A DNA stretch of 64,000 nucleotides from Felis catus (lineage: Eukaryota). Shown here piece by piece: positions 24,201-36,200 of the stretch (within the stretch, counting starts at the first letter, position 1; every line of letters starts with the position of its first letter). The position numbers and the translations under genes are program-made. Location: positions 94,056,001 to 94,120,000 of the forward strand of contig NC_058368.1 of assembly GCF_018350175.1 (NCBI RefSeq), written 5' to 3'. The notes beneath the pieces are model-generated. The model worked only from the letters and a program-made list of their open reading frames with translations, did not search any database and had not been told where the DNA came from.

Positions 24201-27200
24201 TAAGCCATGCAGGTACGTGGAGGAAGAGCATCCTGGCCCTGAGGCCAGAGGGTGCCTAATGACTGATGAGCAACGGCAGGTGGGGTACAGTGGGGCTCGA
24301 GAGTGCAGCGTAGAGAAGGAGGAGATAATGGGGAGAGGATGTCAGAGGAGGGTTTTGAGCAGAGGGATGCCACGGCCGGACTTTGGTGTTTGTAGGGCGG
24401 CTCTGCTGCTCTGAGAACAGAACAGAGAGAAGCAAGACCACTTGTTCAGAAGCTGTTGCAGGACCCAGGAGGAAAACGGTGGTGGCTGGGACCAGCGCAG
24501 AGTGGAAGTGGTGGGCAGGTGCTGGATCTGGGGTATATTTTGCAGAACTGGCAGGGTTTGCTCACGATGCTGAGTGGGCAGAGAATACAGAGTTAGGAGT
24601 TTGGGGGACAGGCCCAGCCAGGAGTTGTGTATTTGGCTTTTATCAGTGTATTGACTATATCTGAAGTTTGTACATTTATTTATTTGAGAGAGACACAGAG
24701 AGCACAAGCTGGGGAGGGGCGGGGAGAGGGGGAGAGAGAATCCCAAGCAGGCTCCACACTGTCAGTGCAGAGCCCGATGTGGGGCTTGAACTCACAAACC
24801 ATGAGATCATGACCTGGGATGAAATCAAGCTGGACGCTTAACCGACGGAGCCAGCCAGGCGCCCCAACGTATACAGACTGTTTTTAAAACCTAAAGACTG
24901 TAGGGGCACCTGGGTGGCTCTGTCGGTTAAGCATCCGACTTCAGCTCAGGTCAGGATCTCTCGGTTTGTGAGTTCGAGCCCCGTGTTGGGCTCTGTGCTG
25001 ACAGCGTGGAGCCTGGAGCCTGCTTCGGATTCTGTGTCTCCCTCTCTGTCTGCCTCCCCCACTTGTGCTCTGTCTCTTTCTCTAAAAAAATAATTAAACA
25101 TTGAAAAGAATGGAAGGGAGGCGCCTGGGTGGCTGAGTCAGTTAAGCATCTGACTTCGGCTCAGGTCATGATCTCTTGGTTCATGTGTTTGAGCCTTGGG
25201 TGATGCTGTGCTGACAGCTGGGAGCCTGGAGCCTGCTTCAGATTCTGTGCTTCCCTCTCTCTCTCTGCCCCTCCCCCGCTCATGCTCTGTCTCTCCATAA
25301 TAAATAAACGTTAAAAAAAATTAAAAAAAAAACAAAACCTAAAGACTGTAGGAGATGGTTAAGGGAAGGAGTAGAGATAGAAAAAGGAAACGGTCCAAGG
25401 GCCGAGCCCTAGGGCACTCCAACAGTGTAAGGTCAAGAACAGAAAGGACCAGCAAAGACAGAAAGTGAGCATTTAGGAAGGCCAGAGGAGTCCTAGGAGA
25501 GTGTGGCGCTAACTCAGAAGCTAAGGGGAGGAAGCGGTTCAAGGAAAGACAGCGTGCAGCTGTCTTCCAGAGCTTCCAAAGGCAAGATGGGACAGGCTGC
25601 CGGAGGAGCCACGGATGCAGGACCTACTGATTCGGTAACAGTGGCTTCGGTGGGCTTGTGTCAAACATGAGGGAGGGGAAGCCTCACCGGACAGGGTTGA
25701 AAACAAAAGAAAAGAAGTTCGAGGCTGAGTATAGAGCGTGACGTGGAAGAGTTCTGCCATAAAGGAGAAAAGGGAGTAAGAGCTGGGGGGAGGGGGCCTG
25801 GAGCCCTAAGAGGATTTGCTACAAAGATGACTGCTCCAGAGAGCGAGCTAGCGGAGGTACAGTTTGGTGATGCCGGAGGGAAGGAGGGAAAAAAATGAGG
25901 GAAGACCCATGTAGGCGAGGCGGGGGTGGCCTCCAATGCCAGTTAAGAATCTTGATATTGGCTCAGGTCACGATCTCGCGGTTCCTGAGTTCGAGCTCCG
26001 CATCGGGCTCTGCGCTGACAAGGCAGAGCCTGCTTGGGATTCTCTGTCTCCCTGCCCCTTCCCCGCTTGCAGGTGCTCTCTCTCTCAAAATAAATGCATA
26101 AACTTAAAAAAGAAATTAAAAACAACAACAAAAAAAGAGGGGTGCCTAAGTGGCTCAGTCGGGTGAGCATCTGACTTCAGCTCATGTCACGATCTCACAG
26201 TTTGTGAGTTCGAGCCCCGCGTCAGACTCTGTGCTGACAGCTCAGAGCCTGGAGCCTGCTTCTGATTCTGTGTCTCCCTCTCTGTCTGCCTCTCCCCCGC
26301 TCATGCTCTATCTCTCTCTGTGTCAAAAATAAAGATAAACATTAAAAAAAAATTAGAAAAAAAGAGAAAGAAACAGGCTTCGTGTGAGTTGATTTTTCAC
26401 AACTGTAGGCTGATGTACGTGTTCTCAGCATGCAGAGGGTGGCCGTGCTAAGCTGCGATGTTCGGTACGTGGGGTGTATTAAATGCACTTTTGACTTAGG
26501 AGACGTTCAACTGACGATCGGTTCATCAGGATGCAACGCGAGATCGTTCAGTCCAGGAAGATGTGGACTCAGGTTCCACCAAGAAGGAGTTCTGCCTCCA
26601 TGGGCGACGCAGAAATTGTGCCTGAGTTTCCAGCCTTGGACTCAAGATGCAACACCAGCTCCTGCCTGGGTTTCCAGCGCTGCAGACTTCAGGCGCTGGA
26701 GCCCCACAACCATGCAAGCCAATTCCTTAAAATAAATGCACCCTGCCCCCCACCCTCCGCCCTCTATACAACCTACCGGTCCTTCTTCTCTAGAGAACCC
26801 TACCATAACCTTCCTTAAAGGTGTGTTGCCCTAGAGTTAGGAGTTCATCTTTGCATTTTTTTCCTTTTTTATTTTTATTTATTTTTAAAATATAATTTAT
26901 TGTCAAACTGGCTAACATACAGTGTGTAAAGTGTGCTCTTGGTTTTAGGGGTAGATCCCCATGATTCATCATTTACATACAACACCCAGTGCTCATCCCA
27001 ACAAGTGCCCTCCTCAATGCCCATCACCCACATTCCCCTCTCCCCCACCCCCCACCCCCCCTCAGTTTGTTCTCTGTACTTAAGAGTCTCTTACGGTTTG
27101 CCTCCCTCCCTCTCTGTTTGTAACTATTTTCCCCCCCATGTTTGACCACCTGGGAAGAGGGTCCCAAAACAGCAATAAGTGAAATAATGATCAGCAATAA

Positions 27201-30200
27201 TTTGATAAAATACGAGAACATATACAGTTTTCAGGGTGTCCATGTATTTACCCCAGAAAAAGCTTGTTACTGAGATTACTGCCCCTGAAATGTAATACAT
27301 TTAAAATTAAGGCCCCTAGTGCTTGACTCCTTCAGCCCTGAAGGTTTTCCCTATCTGAACAGCACCATCTTGTGGCAAATACGCATAAAATACGCATAGA
27401 ATCTTCCCTCATTCAATTACTACGTTTCATCGGTATTAACAAATAAGTACTGTGGAAAACTTACTCTGTACCAAGACCTACTGGGTTTTCGGGATGTGAA
27501 GCCGGGATGAGTAGACGATAAGTAGACAATCACTGCACTGCTGCTTTGTCCAAGACACCACGTGCTACGAAAGCGCTCAGGAGGGACACCTGCATCGGAC
27601 AACACTTGCATGAGTAAGGCTGAGGGACGTGGACACTTACCAGGCAGGGGGAACAGCATGTGCAAAAACACAGAGCCAAGTACATTAGGATCATTTCGCA
27701 CTAGGTGTTTATATGCCTCGAGTCTGAGTAGGAGGAGGCGGGGGGAGCAGTACCAGCAAGAGGTAGGGATGGAAATACACAGGATTAATGAGGGAGCTAC
27801 CTAATACATTCTGTTCCGGACTTTGAATGCGATCGTGTTGGCAGACAGAGAGCCCTTGGAAGGTGGTAAGTAGGAGAGACATGATCTGACTTGTGCAGGA
27901 CAGGTTAAAACAGCTGCAGGTATGGAGACCAGGCTGGGATGTGTAAGGCTCTAGACTGGGAGAACGATGAGCTGAGAGGCTGCTGCCATAACCTAGGTGA
28001 GGGAGCAGAGCCCTGTACTAAGGAAGTGACAGGGGACGCGAAGATATGCAGGGAGTCACGGGGGCTCACAGAGAAAGAACCAGGTATGCCCCCAAAGCGG
28101 GTGCCCTGTGGAACTGGGCGGGTCATGCTGCCATTTGCTGTCGTGAACAGGGCGGGGGAGAGGGTGGGGTATGACCTATTCATCTAGTCTGGGACACAGG
28201 GAGCTTGTCCCGGGACCTGGAAGAGCAGCTGGCCATCAGGCACTCACACGTGTAGGAGGCTCAGGAGATCAAATCTTGAGCGTCTGAGAACAGCTAGAAA
28301 GAGGAGAGCAGAGAGCTGAAGACACAACCAGTGCCGGGAGGGGCATCCGGAGGAGGAGGGGCCGTAACGGAGAGGGAGGAGGGCCACCTGGCTGGCTGGG
28401 ATGGTTAAGCCTCCGACTCCCGATTCTGGTTCAGGTCATGATCTCACGCTTCATGGGACTGAGCCTCGCACCGGGCTCTGTGCTGACAGCACGGAGCCTG
28501 CTTGGGATTCTTGCTCTGCCCCTCCCCCATTCGCATGCACTCTCCTTCAAAATAAATAAACTTAAAAAAAAAAAAAAGGAGGGGGGAAAATGGCAACAGA
28601 GGAACGGAAAAATCAGACATGTGATGGTGCCAGGAGTGGGACCATCCGGTCAGTGTCCACAGCATCTAGCACCTCGAGGTCCACTGGGGCAATTACAGAC
28701 ACACGGTGGCATCACCAAAGGAGACAAGAGTATATGGGATGTGAGGGCAAGCCTGGCCAAGAAGGAGAGGAGGGGCCAGGAGTTACAAGGGAACCCAGGG
28801 TCCAGAGGGGATTTCTAATGAGATCTCTCAATAAAGAAAACTTGGAACGTTTACAAATAGAGGGAATGTGCTAGTAGAGAGACAAAGGATGAAAAACAGG
28901 GGTGTGAGCTTCCTGATAGCCTCTTGGTCACTGGGCAGCTTGACCTCGTCTACCTACCCCCTCCTGCTCTAGGAAAGGAGAGAGGCCACCCAACGCCTGA
29001 GTCTGCTAGGTCCCAGCACAACGTCCGTGATGAACACTGCAGAAGATGTCGTGACTTACGGAACCTGTGGGGACAAAGCAAGTGCCCTTTTGTTTCCATG
29101 AGGGGGTAGCTGCATTGCACTGGAGGCAGCGGGCCGCTTTCGCTAGTGCTGTCTGGAAGCTCAAGTGTGGAAACACAGCAGAGAGTGTGGATGATAAGCA
29201 GCCAGAGGGGTGTTCCGTAGCAGACTCTGCAGATGCGCGCATCCAACATTTCCTCCCACCTCCTTTTAGTGGACCTTCCGTACTTCCTGTACCACAAGGG
29301 CTAAAAGCTGTATTTCCTAGACTCCCTTCAAGGTAAGATTCCAGGTGTAACTTAAGTTCTGCCGATCAGATGCACTTACGCGTCGGAGGGAAGTAGGCAG
29401 AGGCGGAGCACAAGGGGGCTGTTTTGCTGCTTAAGGCTCCGGCAGAGCTGCTGTGATTCAGGAGCTGGCAGCCAGCTGATTTGGCAAGAGCCCAGTTGCA
29501 CCAGACCAGCTCTGCTCAGCGGTGCTATGAGGGGTTCTTAGAAACTCAACCTACAGTCTAGTTCTTCAACTTTCCCAACAATACTGTAAATCCTGTAACG
29601 GCCTCCAATGCACGCCTTTCTGCTTCAACCAGCCGGAGTAAGTTGTGTTCTGGGCAACTAAACTGTGAGGGACACGACATCCACATTCACGACCAAGCGC
29701 TACTGCAGAGGTAAGCAGCAAAACACAACCGGCCGCCTGTTTTTGTAAATAAAGTTTTATTGAAAGAAAGCCATGCACATTCACTGATGTGATGTCTCTG
29801 GCTGACTGCATGCTAGAGAGGCAGAGTTGAGTAGTCCCAACAGAAACCGTATGGCCTGTAGAGCCTATGATATTTACTGTCTGGCCCTTTCCGGAAAAAA
29901 CTGGCCGAACTACAGCAATTCCCTGAACTACAACACGGGGGTGCCAAGCTCCATCAGGCTCCATCATACAAAAGAACAGACCTATGCCAGCCAGGTGAGG
30001 AACATGTGTACTTTTCTTTGACTTCTTTACATTGGGAGTCTTTTTTTTTTAATGTCTATTTATGGGAGACACAGACTGACAGAGAGAGAGACAGAATGGG
30101 AGCGGGGGAGGAGCAGAGAGAGAGACACATAGAATCCAAAGCAGGCTCCAGGCTCCAAGCTGTCAGCACAGAGCCCGACGCAGGGCTCGAACTCATGAAC

Positions 30201-33200
30201 CCTGAGACCATGACCTGGATGCTTAACCGACTGAGCCACCCAGGTGCCCCAGGTGTTCTGGTTTTAACCTCTTCACTCTTGGCTTCTCCTTAACTCACCT
30301 ACTCTCATCTTCTCCCTGTTCCTTATTCCAAACGCCCTCATTTTAAAATGTTATTTCATCGTCTACTGTACGTATTTATTCACGCATCTGAAATCCCAAT
30401 GCTGAAATGGAACATTTTTTTCCTTCTCTTTTGAAAGAGGGGAAGGTAATAAGTACACCTGTTACTGATAACATCACAGAACTAGTTCCTTGGGATAAAA
30501 ATGAGAAATAAACATTATAAACAGTCTTTTATCCCCCAACAGCTTTTCATAAAGATAAAAATATTATTTTTCACTCCCATCCCCACCTATTGTAAAAAGA
30601 GAACAGAATGTTGCTATAAAATCTTGACATTCTGATAGTGGTTTACTCACCACACAACTTAAAAACTTGTGTAATATTCTCTGAACCTGTTCCCACACGT
30701 TTCTTCTTCCCATTAAAACTACCTATTCCTGGTACCATTCAAAAACTCTCCAAGTGAGGGACTGTTGTTTCCTAATGATAACCAGGGACGTTCCAAAAAA
30801 AAAAAAATTACTGTACATTCTTTTTGATACACGAACTATTTTTCTTTCATTTTCTATATTTAAAAATGAGAACTGGCCTTAACGGGCAAATCTTCTCCAA
30901 ACCAGGAAGAACGTTTTCTAAAACTGCTGAATGTAAAAACAGCAAACTGCACATCTTATCAAAATGAGGCTCAAGGCAAGCACGGGGGTATGTTTTTAAT
31001 ATTAGAGAGCCTCGAAACCAGCAATGATTTAAGAGCCACCACAGGCTTTGTGGAATTGTGGAGAATAACATTCAGTATCCAACAGCAACCCACACAAAAG
31101 GTCAGGAGCAAAGGGCTGTTCAAAAAGCAAAAAAAAAGGCAGTAACCCCTGGGACAGTATTTCAACAGGGAGGCAAGAGAAGGTGAAGGTGCAACAGCTT
31201 GTGAGGGTCAAGCCAAGGCCGACCACAGGCAAAAACAGCAGCGTGATCAGTGTCACTAGCGGAGTAAGCAAGGGAAAAGGTGAGAGAGATCAGCAAGGGA
31301 AAAGGTGAGAGGGAAACGGTGAGAGAGAGAGGTTAGATCACATAGGGCGCTGAAGCCATCATAAGAGTTCGGTTTTTCTGCTTTTGATGAGAAGCTACCA
31401 GGTTTTGAAGGGAAGTGAAAGTTCTGATTACATGTTTTTTGGTTTTCTGTAATCACTGCTGTTGGGAGAAAGGCTGTAGGGGAGCCAGGGCAGAACCAGG
31501 AAGACCAAATCAGAGACTTACAGTTATCTAAGCAAGAAGGCACTGTAGTTTTTGTTAGAGAGGGCGGGATACATGGTCAGACTTGAGATATCTTTTCAAG
31601 GTAGAGTTGACAGAATGTGCTGGATGCTTGGATGTTGGGTCAGAACTAAAAGGATGAGTCCAGGACGATTCCTAGAGTTTTAGCCTAGATGAAAGACAGT
31701 AACATTTACCGTGATGAGGAAGGTAAATGAGGGAAAAACTAAAGGGAGGGCTGGGTGGGTGCGGTATTACCAATTCTGTTTGGACACACTACATTTATTT
31801 TTTTTAACGTTTTATTTAAAGAGAGAGAGAGAACAAGCAGGAGACGGGCAGAGAGAGAGGGAAACACCGAAGCCGGCTCCAGGCTCTGAATTGTCAGCAC
31901 AGATCCGGACACAGGGCTCAAACTCATGAACCGGCAGATCATGACCTGAGCTGAAGTCAGACCCTTAACCGATTCAGCCACTCAGACACCCCTGGACACA
32001 CATTTAAATGCCCATCTGACTTCCAAGTGGAGATGCTGAGTAAACAGTCGGAGATAAGCATCTGGAACTCAGGACAGAAAAGTTAAAGATAAACATTTGG
32101 AAGTTGTCAGCTTAGAGATGTTATTTATAGCCATGGACTGCCCCTTGGGAGGGGTGCCTGGGTGGTTCAGTGGGTTAAGCCTGGGGCTGCAGCTCAGGTC
32201 ATGATCTCACGGTCGGTGGGTTTGAACCCTGCACCGGGCTCTGTACTGTCATAACAGCTCAGAGCCTGGAGCCTGCTTCAGATTCTGTGTCTCCGTCTCT
32301 CTCTGCCCCTCCCTGGTTCGTGCTCTGTCTCTCTCTCTCTCAAAAAATAAATAAAGATTTAAAAAAAATTGTTTTTAAATAAAAAGAAAGAAACTGCCTT
32401 GGGAGAAAGTATGCCTAGAAAGAGAATATGGCCAGTACTGAGTGCTGTAGCACTCTGAACACTCAGTGGTTGGGAAAAAGAAACCTAGAGACACAGAAGG
32501 AGTGGCCAGTGAGATGGGAGGAAATGCAGGAAAATGTGGTGACCTAGAAGTCAATGGAAGGAAAAACGTGGAGAAGGGAGCAATCAACTGTGCCGTATAA
32601 GGTGAAAACTGGCACAGACCCTAGATTTCCCGAGGACGGGTGGGGAGACAGCCTGACTGAGATGACAGGGGGTTGGAGGAAAACAGGAGTGGACCTAGAA
32701 ACTTGGGAAGCAAGTCTTTCATTCAAAAAGCTGGTTTTTTGTTTTTTTCTTTAAAAAAAGGGAGCAGAGAAATGGGTAGGACCTAGAATGGGGATGTTCG
32801 GTCTAGGGGGTGTTAAGGATGAGATTTATCTGCAGATGTTTGTTAAATAAATAAATAACACCACGAGGAACAAATGACAAGACAGGAGGTGCCAATGATT
32901 CAACAGTCTAAACGCAGTTTATACTTCAAGTTCCATATAGCTGGACACATGAGTGACATTTACTGTGTTTCAAAGGAGATAAGGTGGTTTTCTATACCTG
33001 CTCATCTACTTTCCGATTTAAATGAGATATACGGAGTTGGAGAGCTTTGGAATCAACACACTACTTCAAGTGTTAAAATGTATCAGATCTGTAAATATAT
33101 ATTTATATATATATAAAAATATATCTCTTTAAAAATATATGTAAAAATATATATATTTTTTTAGTTTACTGCCTAAAAACTAGATCACAGTTGCCAGCCC

Positions 33201-36200
33201 AAATTGCTTTTATCCAAATTAGCTTTTAGCCAAATACGAAAACCAAAACCGAAAGCTTCAGCATTGGTTCCGTGTGTGTCCAGTTGAGGCTCACGGAGAA
33301 CCTCTCGGCCACTTGGTTATATTCTGAGGTTTTTCCCAGAAACAGGTTTTCTGGTCAAAGGGAAACCTATAAGCAAGGCAGAAGGCTGCGCGGATTCTCC
33401 CTGCAAGGGTAGGCAAGCACCCACCGAAGGGACGGCGCCGCGCCGGCCAGCCCCAAGCTCGCCCCGCGCCCCGATGCCGCTCCCGCCCGGACGCCCGCTA
33501 CTCGCCTGGATGTGGGGGGCGACCCGCGCGGGGCCCTGCGACTCCCTAGTCTTCCTCTCCCTCTAGGCGACCCCGCCGGCGGCGACTTCCCCACGCGCCG
33601 CAGGGAGGAGGGTGTGCGGCCAGGAGCGCAGGCCCCGCCCCTCGCGTGTCCACGCCCACCGGCCCCACTCGCCGCGGAGGGAGGGTGCCCGGCCAGGCGC
33701 GCAGGCTCCGCCCCTCGCGAGCCCACGCCCACCGTTCCCGCTTGACTCTGGGAAGGGGAGGTGTCCGTGTCCGGCGCGCCAGCTTCTCTCCCCAGAGGCG
33801 CTGGGATGCTAGTCCCTAGAGGTCAGCCCCGCGGGAACAAGTCCCGGGAACCTTTCTGGGTCTCTGCGCAGAAGGAAGAGCCGGGCAGAGGACCGGCAGT
33901 GGCGCGGGGGGAATGTCACCGAGGCGAACGGGCACGTTCTCTGCGCTGCTTTGTAATGTCCCCGGACGCCCGGGCTTGGAGGCTTAGATGCGGGTGACGC
34001 TGTTGTGTTTGCTCCGTACAGACCTGGGTGCTGGGATGAGGGGCGCAGCCGCTGCCTCCACGCCTCCCAGACAGGAGGAGCCCCTAAACTCAGAAGGAAG
34101 GAAACCCTGGGCTTACCCAAACCCTAGAACTTGCCGATATCCAGCTGTTCCCGCGGTCCCCCTGGCTTCTCCTTTGCCTTTAGGGCCCTTTCACTGACTA
34201 GTGCTGTTTTCAGCTATATCCGTGCGCGGCGCATCACCCCCTCCTCGAAGAAGCCACCCTCACAAAGTTTCCTCTCTACGGTCCCTTGGCCACAACGGAA
34301 ACAGACTGAAACAACGCTGAATATGAAGAGAAAAGAAAAAAAGCAAAGAAGAAGAAGCATAAAAAGCCTTATACAGCCAAATGCCTAATCCCACTCTGTC
34401 CTCCTCAAGCTCCCAATCCTAGTCATAACCCTATCAACCCAGTTCAGAAATTCTCTCCACCTCCATTTCTTTTAATTCTCAGTCAATTCCTATTCCCTGC
34501 CCAAAGTTTCCTGCCTGTACTTCGTCTGACAACCCTTCCAATCCCTGCTTTTTAATGTTTCATCGGAAAAACACCGATGACAAGTGAGATAAACATTGAT
34601 TTCCCCCATTCACCATCCACGAGGCATGCATAAATCAGCCCGGAGTCACCGATGTCAAACTTACTTGAATTGTTCCCATTTTATATTTTAAATTGCTCCA
34701 AATTTTGCATTCTTCTTCACGAATATTCACGTGGTGTAGTAAGAAAACATTTTTAATTGGTCACGAGTTTAATAATTTGAAATTTCTCTCCAAATTATCT
34801 AAAGTTACATTTCAAGAAAGTGCACCATTTATGCTACAAATATTTAGTATCATGTATGTACAGGCACGAGGGATATACTGTCAAGAAGACACATGGTCCC
34901 TGTCCTCATCGAGATTTTGTAGTCTAGTCCAAAAGACACACAATAGATATGTAAACAAGCAAGACAACTAGGAATATTCATTGTTGGGGCTCCTGGGTGG
35001 CTCAGTGAGTTAAGCCTCTGACTTCTGCTCAGGTCATGAGCTCACTCACTGTTCCTGGGTTCCAGCCCTGCGTTGGGCTCTGTGCTGACAGCTCAGAGCC
35101 TGGAGCCTGCTTCAGGTTCTGTGTCTTCCTTTCTCTCTGTCCCTCCCCCACTTGCTTGCTCTATCAAAGATAAACATTAAAAAAAATTTTTTAAAGAATA
35201 TTCATTGGTGACGAATGAATGAAATAAGCAAAGTGGGGAGGAGTGCTAATTAAGTCAGAGAAGAGATGGCTTTTCCAACATGTAAAATATTTTCCTGTGG
35301 CTTAACACCCCTGAAACGCTTGGCATTAAATACTGGTATGTTCAAGGTCTTGGGCCTCTGACCTTTTTAGTTTGCTCTACAACTTTCCTGGATAACTAAC
35401 ATATGCACAGACACACATAACTCAGTAAGGATATAAATAATGAACATGATTAGTGAACCTGACCTGATCGACATACATAGACATCAAGTACACGTGGAAC
35501 ATTAACAAAATTAGACCATATTTTTGGCCATAGAGCACATTTCAACAAAGAAAAATAAAAAAAATCAAGAGTGAAATACAGACTATGTTCTCTAACCTAG
35601 GTATTAGTGTGAAAAACAAAATAAAAAGATAACTAGAAAAACCCCTATATTTGGAAATTAAAAAACATTTCAAAATAACCCATGGGTCAAAAAACAAACA
35701 GAAATCATAAAATATTTTGATCTGTTACTAAAAGTACTATATATCAAAACTTGTGGGACATAACTAAAAACATAACTAGAGGGGAATTTCTAGTCTTAAA
35801 AGTACATATTAGAGGAGTACCTGGGTGGCTCAGTCGGTTAAGCATCCACCTTTGGCTCAGGTCATGATCTCACGGTTCACAAGTTCAAGCCCTGCGTTGG
35901 GCTCTGTCCTGACAGCTCAGAGCCTGAAACCTGCTTTGGATTCTGTGTTTTCCTCTCTCCCTGCCCCTCCCCCACTCAGGCTCTGTCTGTCTGTCTCTCT
36001 TTCAAAAAAAAAAAAAAAAAAGTATACATCACAAAACAAAGCCAGAAAAATAGAAAAAAGTGAGGATGAACAAAAGCAAACGATGGTTCTTCAAAAAGAC
36101 TAATAAAATTAATAAACTGGTAAAACTACTCTGGAAAAATAGGATAGAAGCCACAAATAATACTAGAAGTGAAAAGGAAACATTGCTACAGGTCATAAGA

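Larger units (their letters stand above)
31300..32830. mobile_element. L2 LINE fragments with two SINE insertions
   Basis: gaaggtagagttgacaga-type, tggatgcttggatgt, ccaagtggagatgctgagtaaacag, ctggaactcagg L2 motifs. Confidence 0.55.

Noticed and set aside
33367..34197. Several Pro/Arg/Gly-rich ORFs in the TICAM2 CpG island
   Set aside because: Expected from stop-codon scarcity in GC-rich DNA; their repeated peptide only reflects the 74-bp duplication
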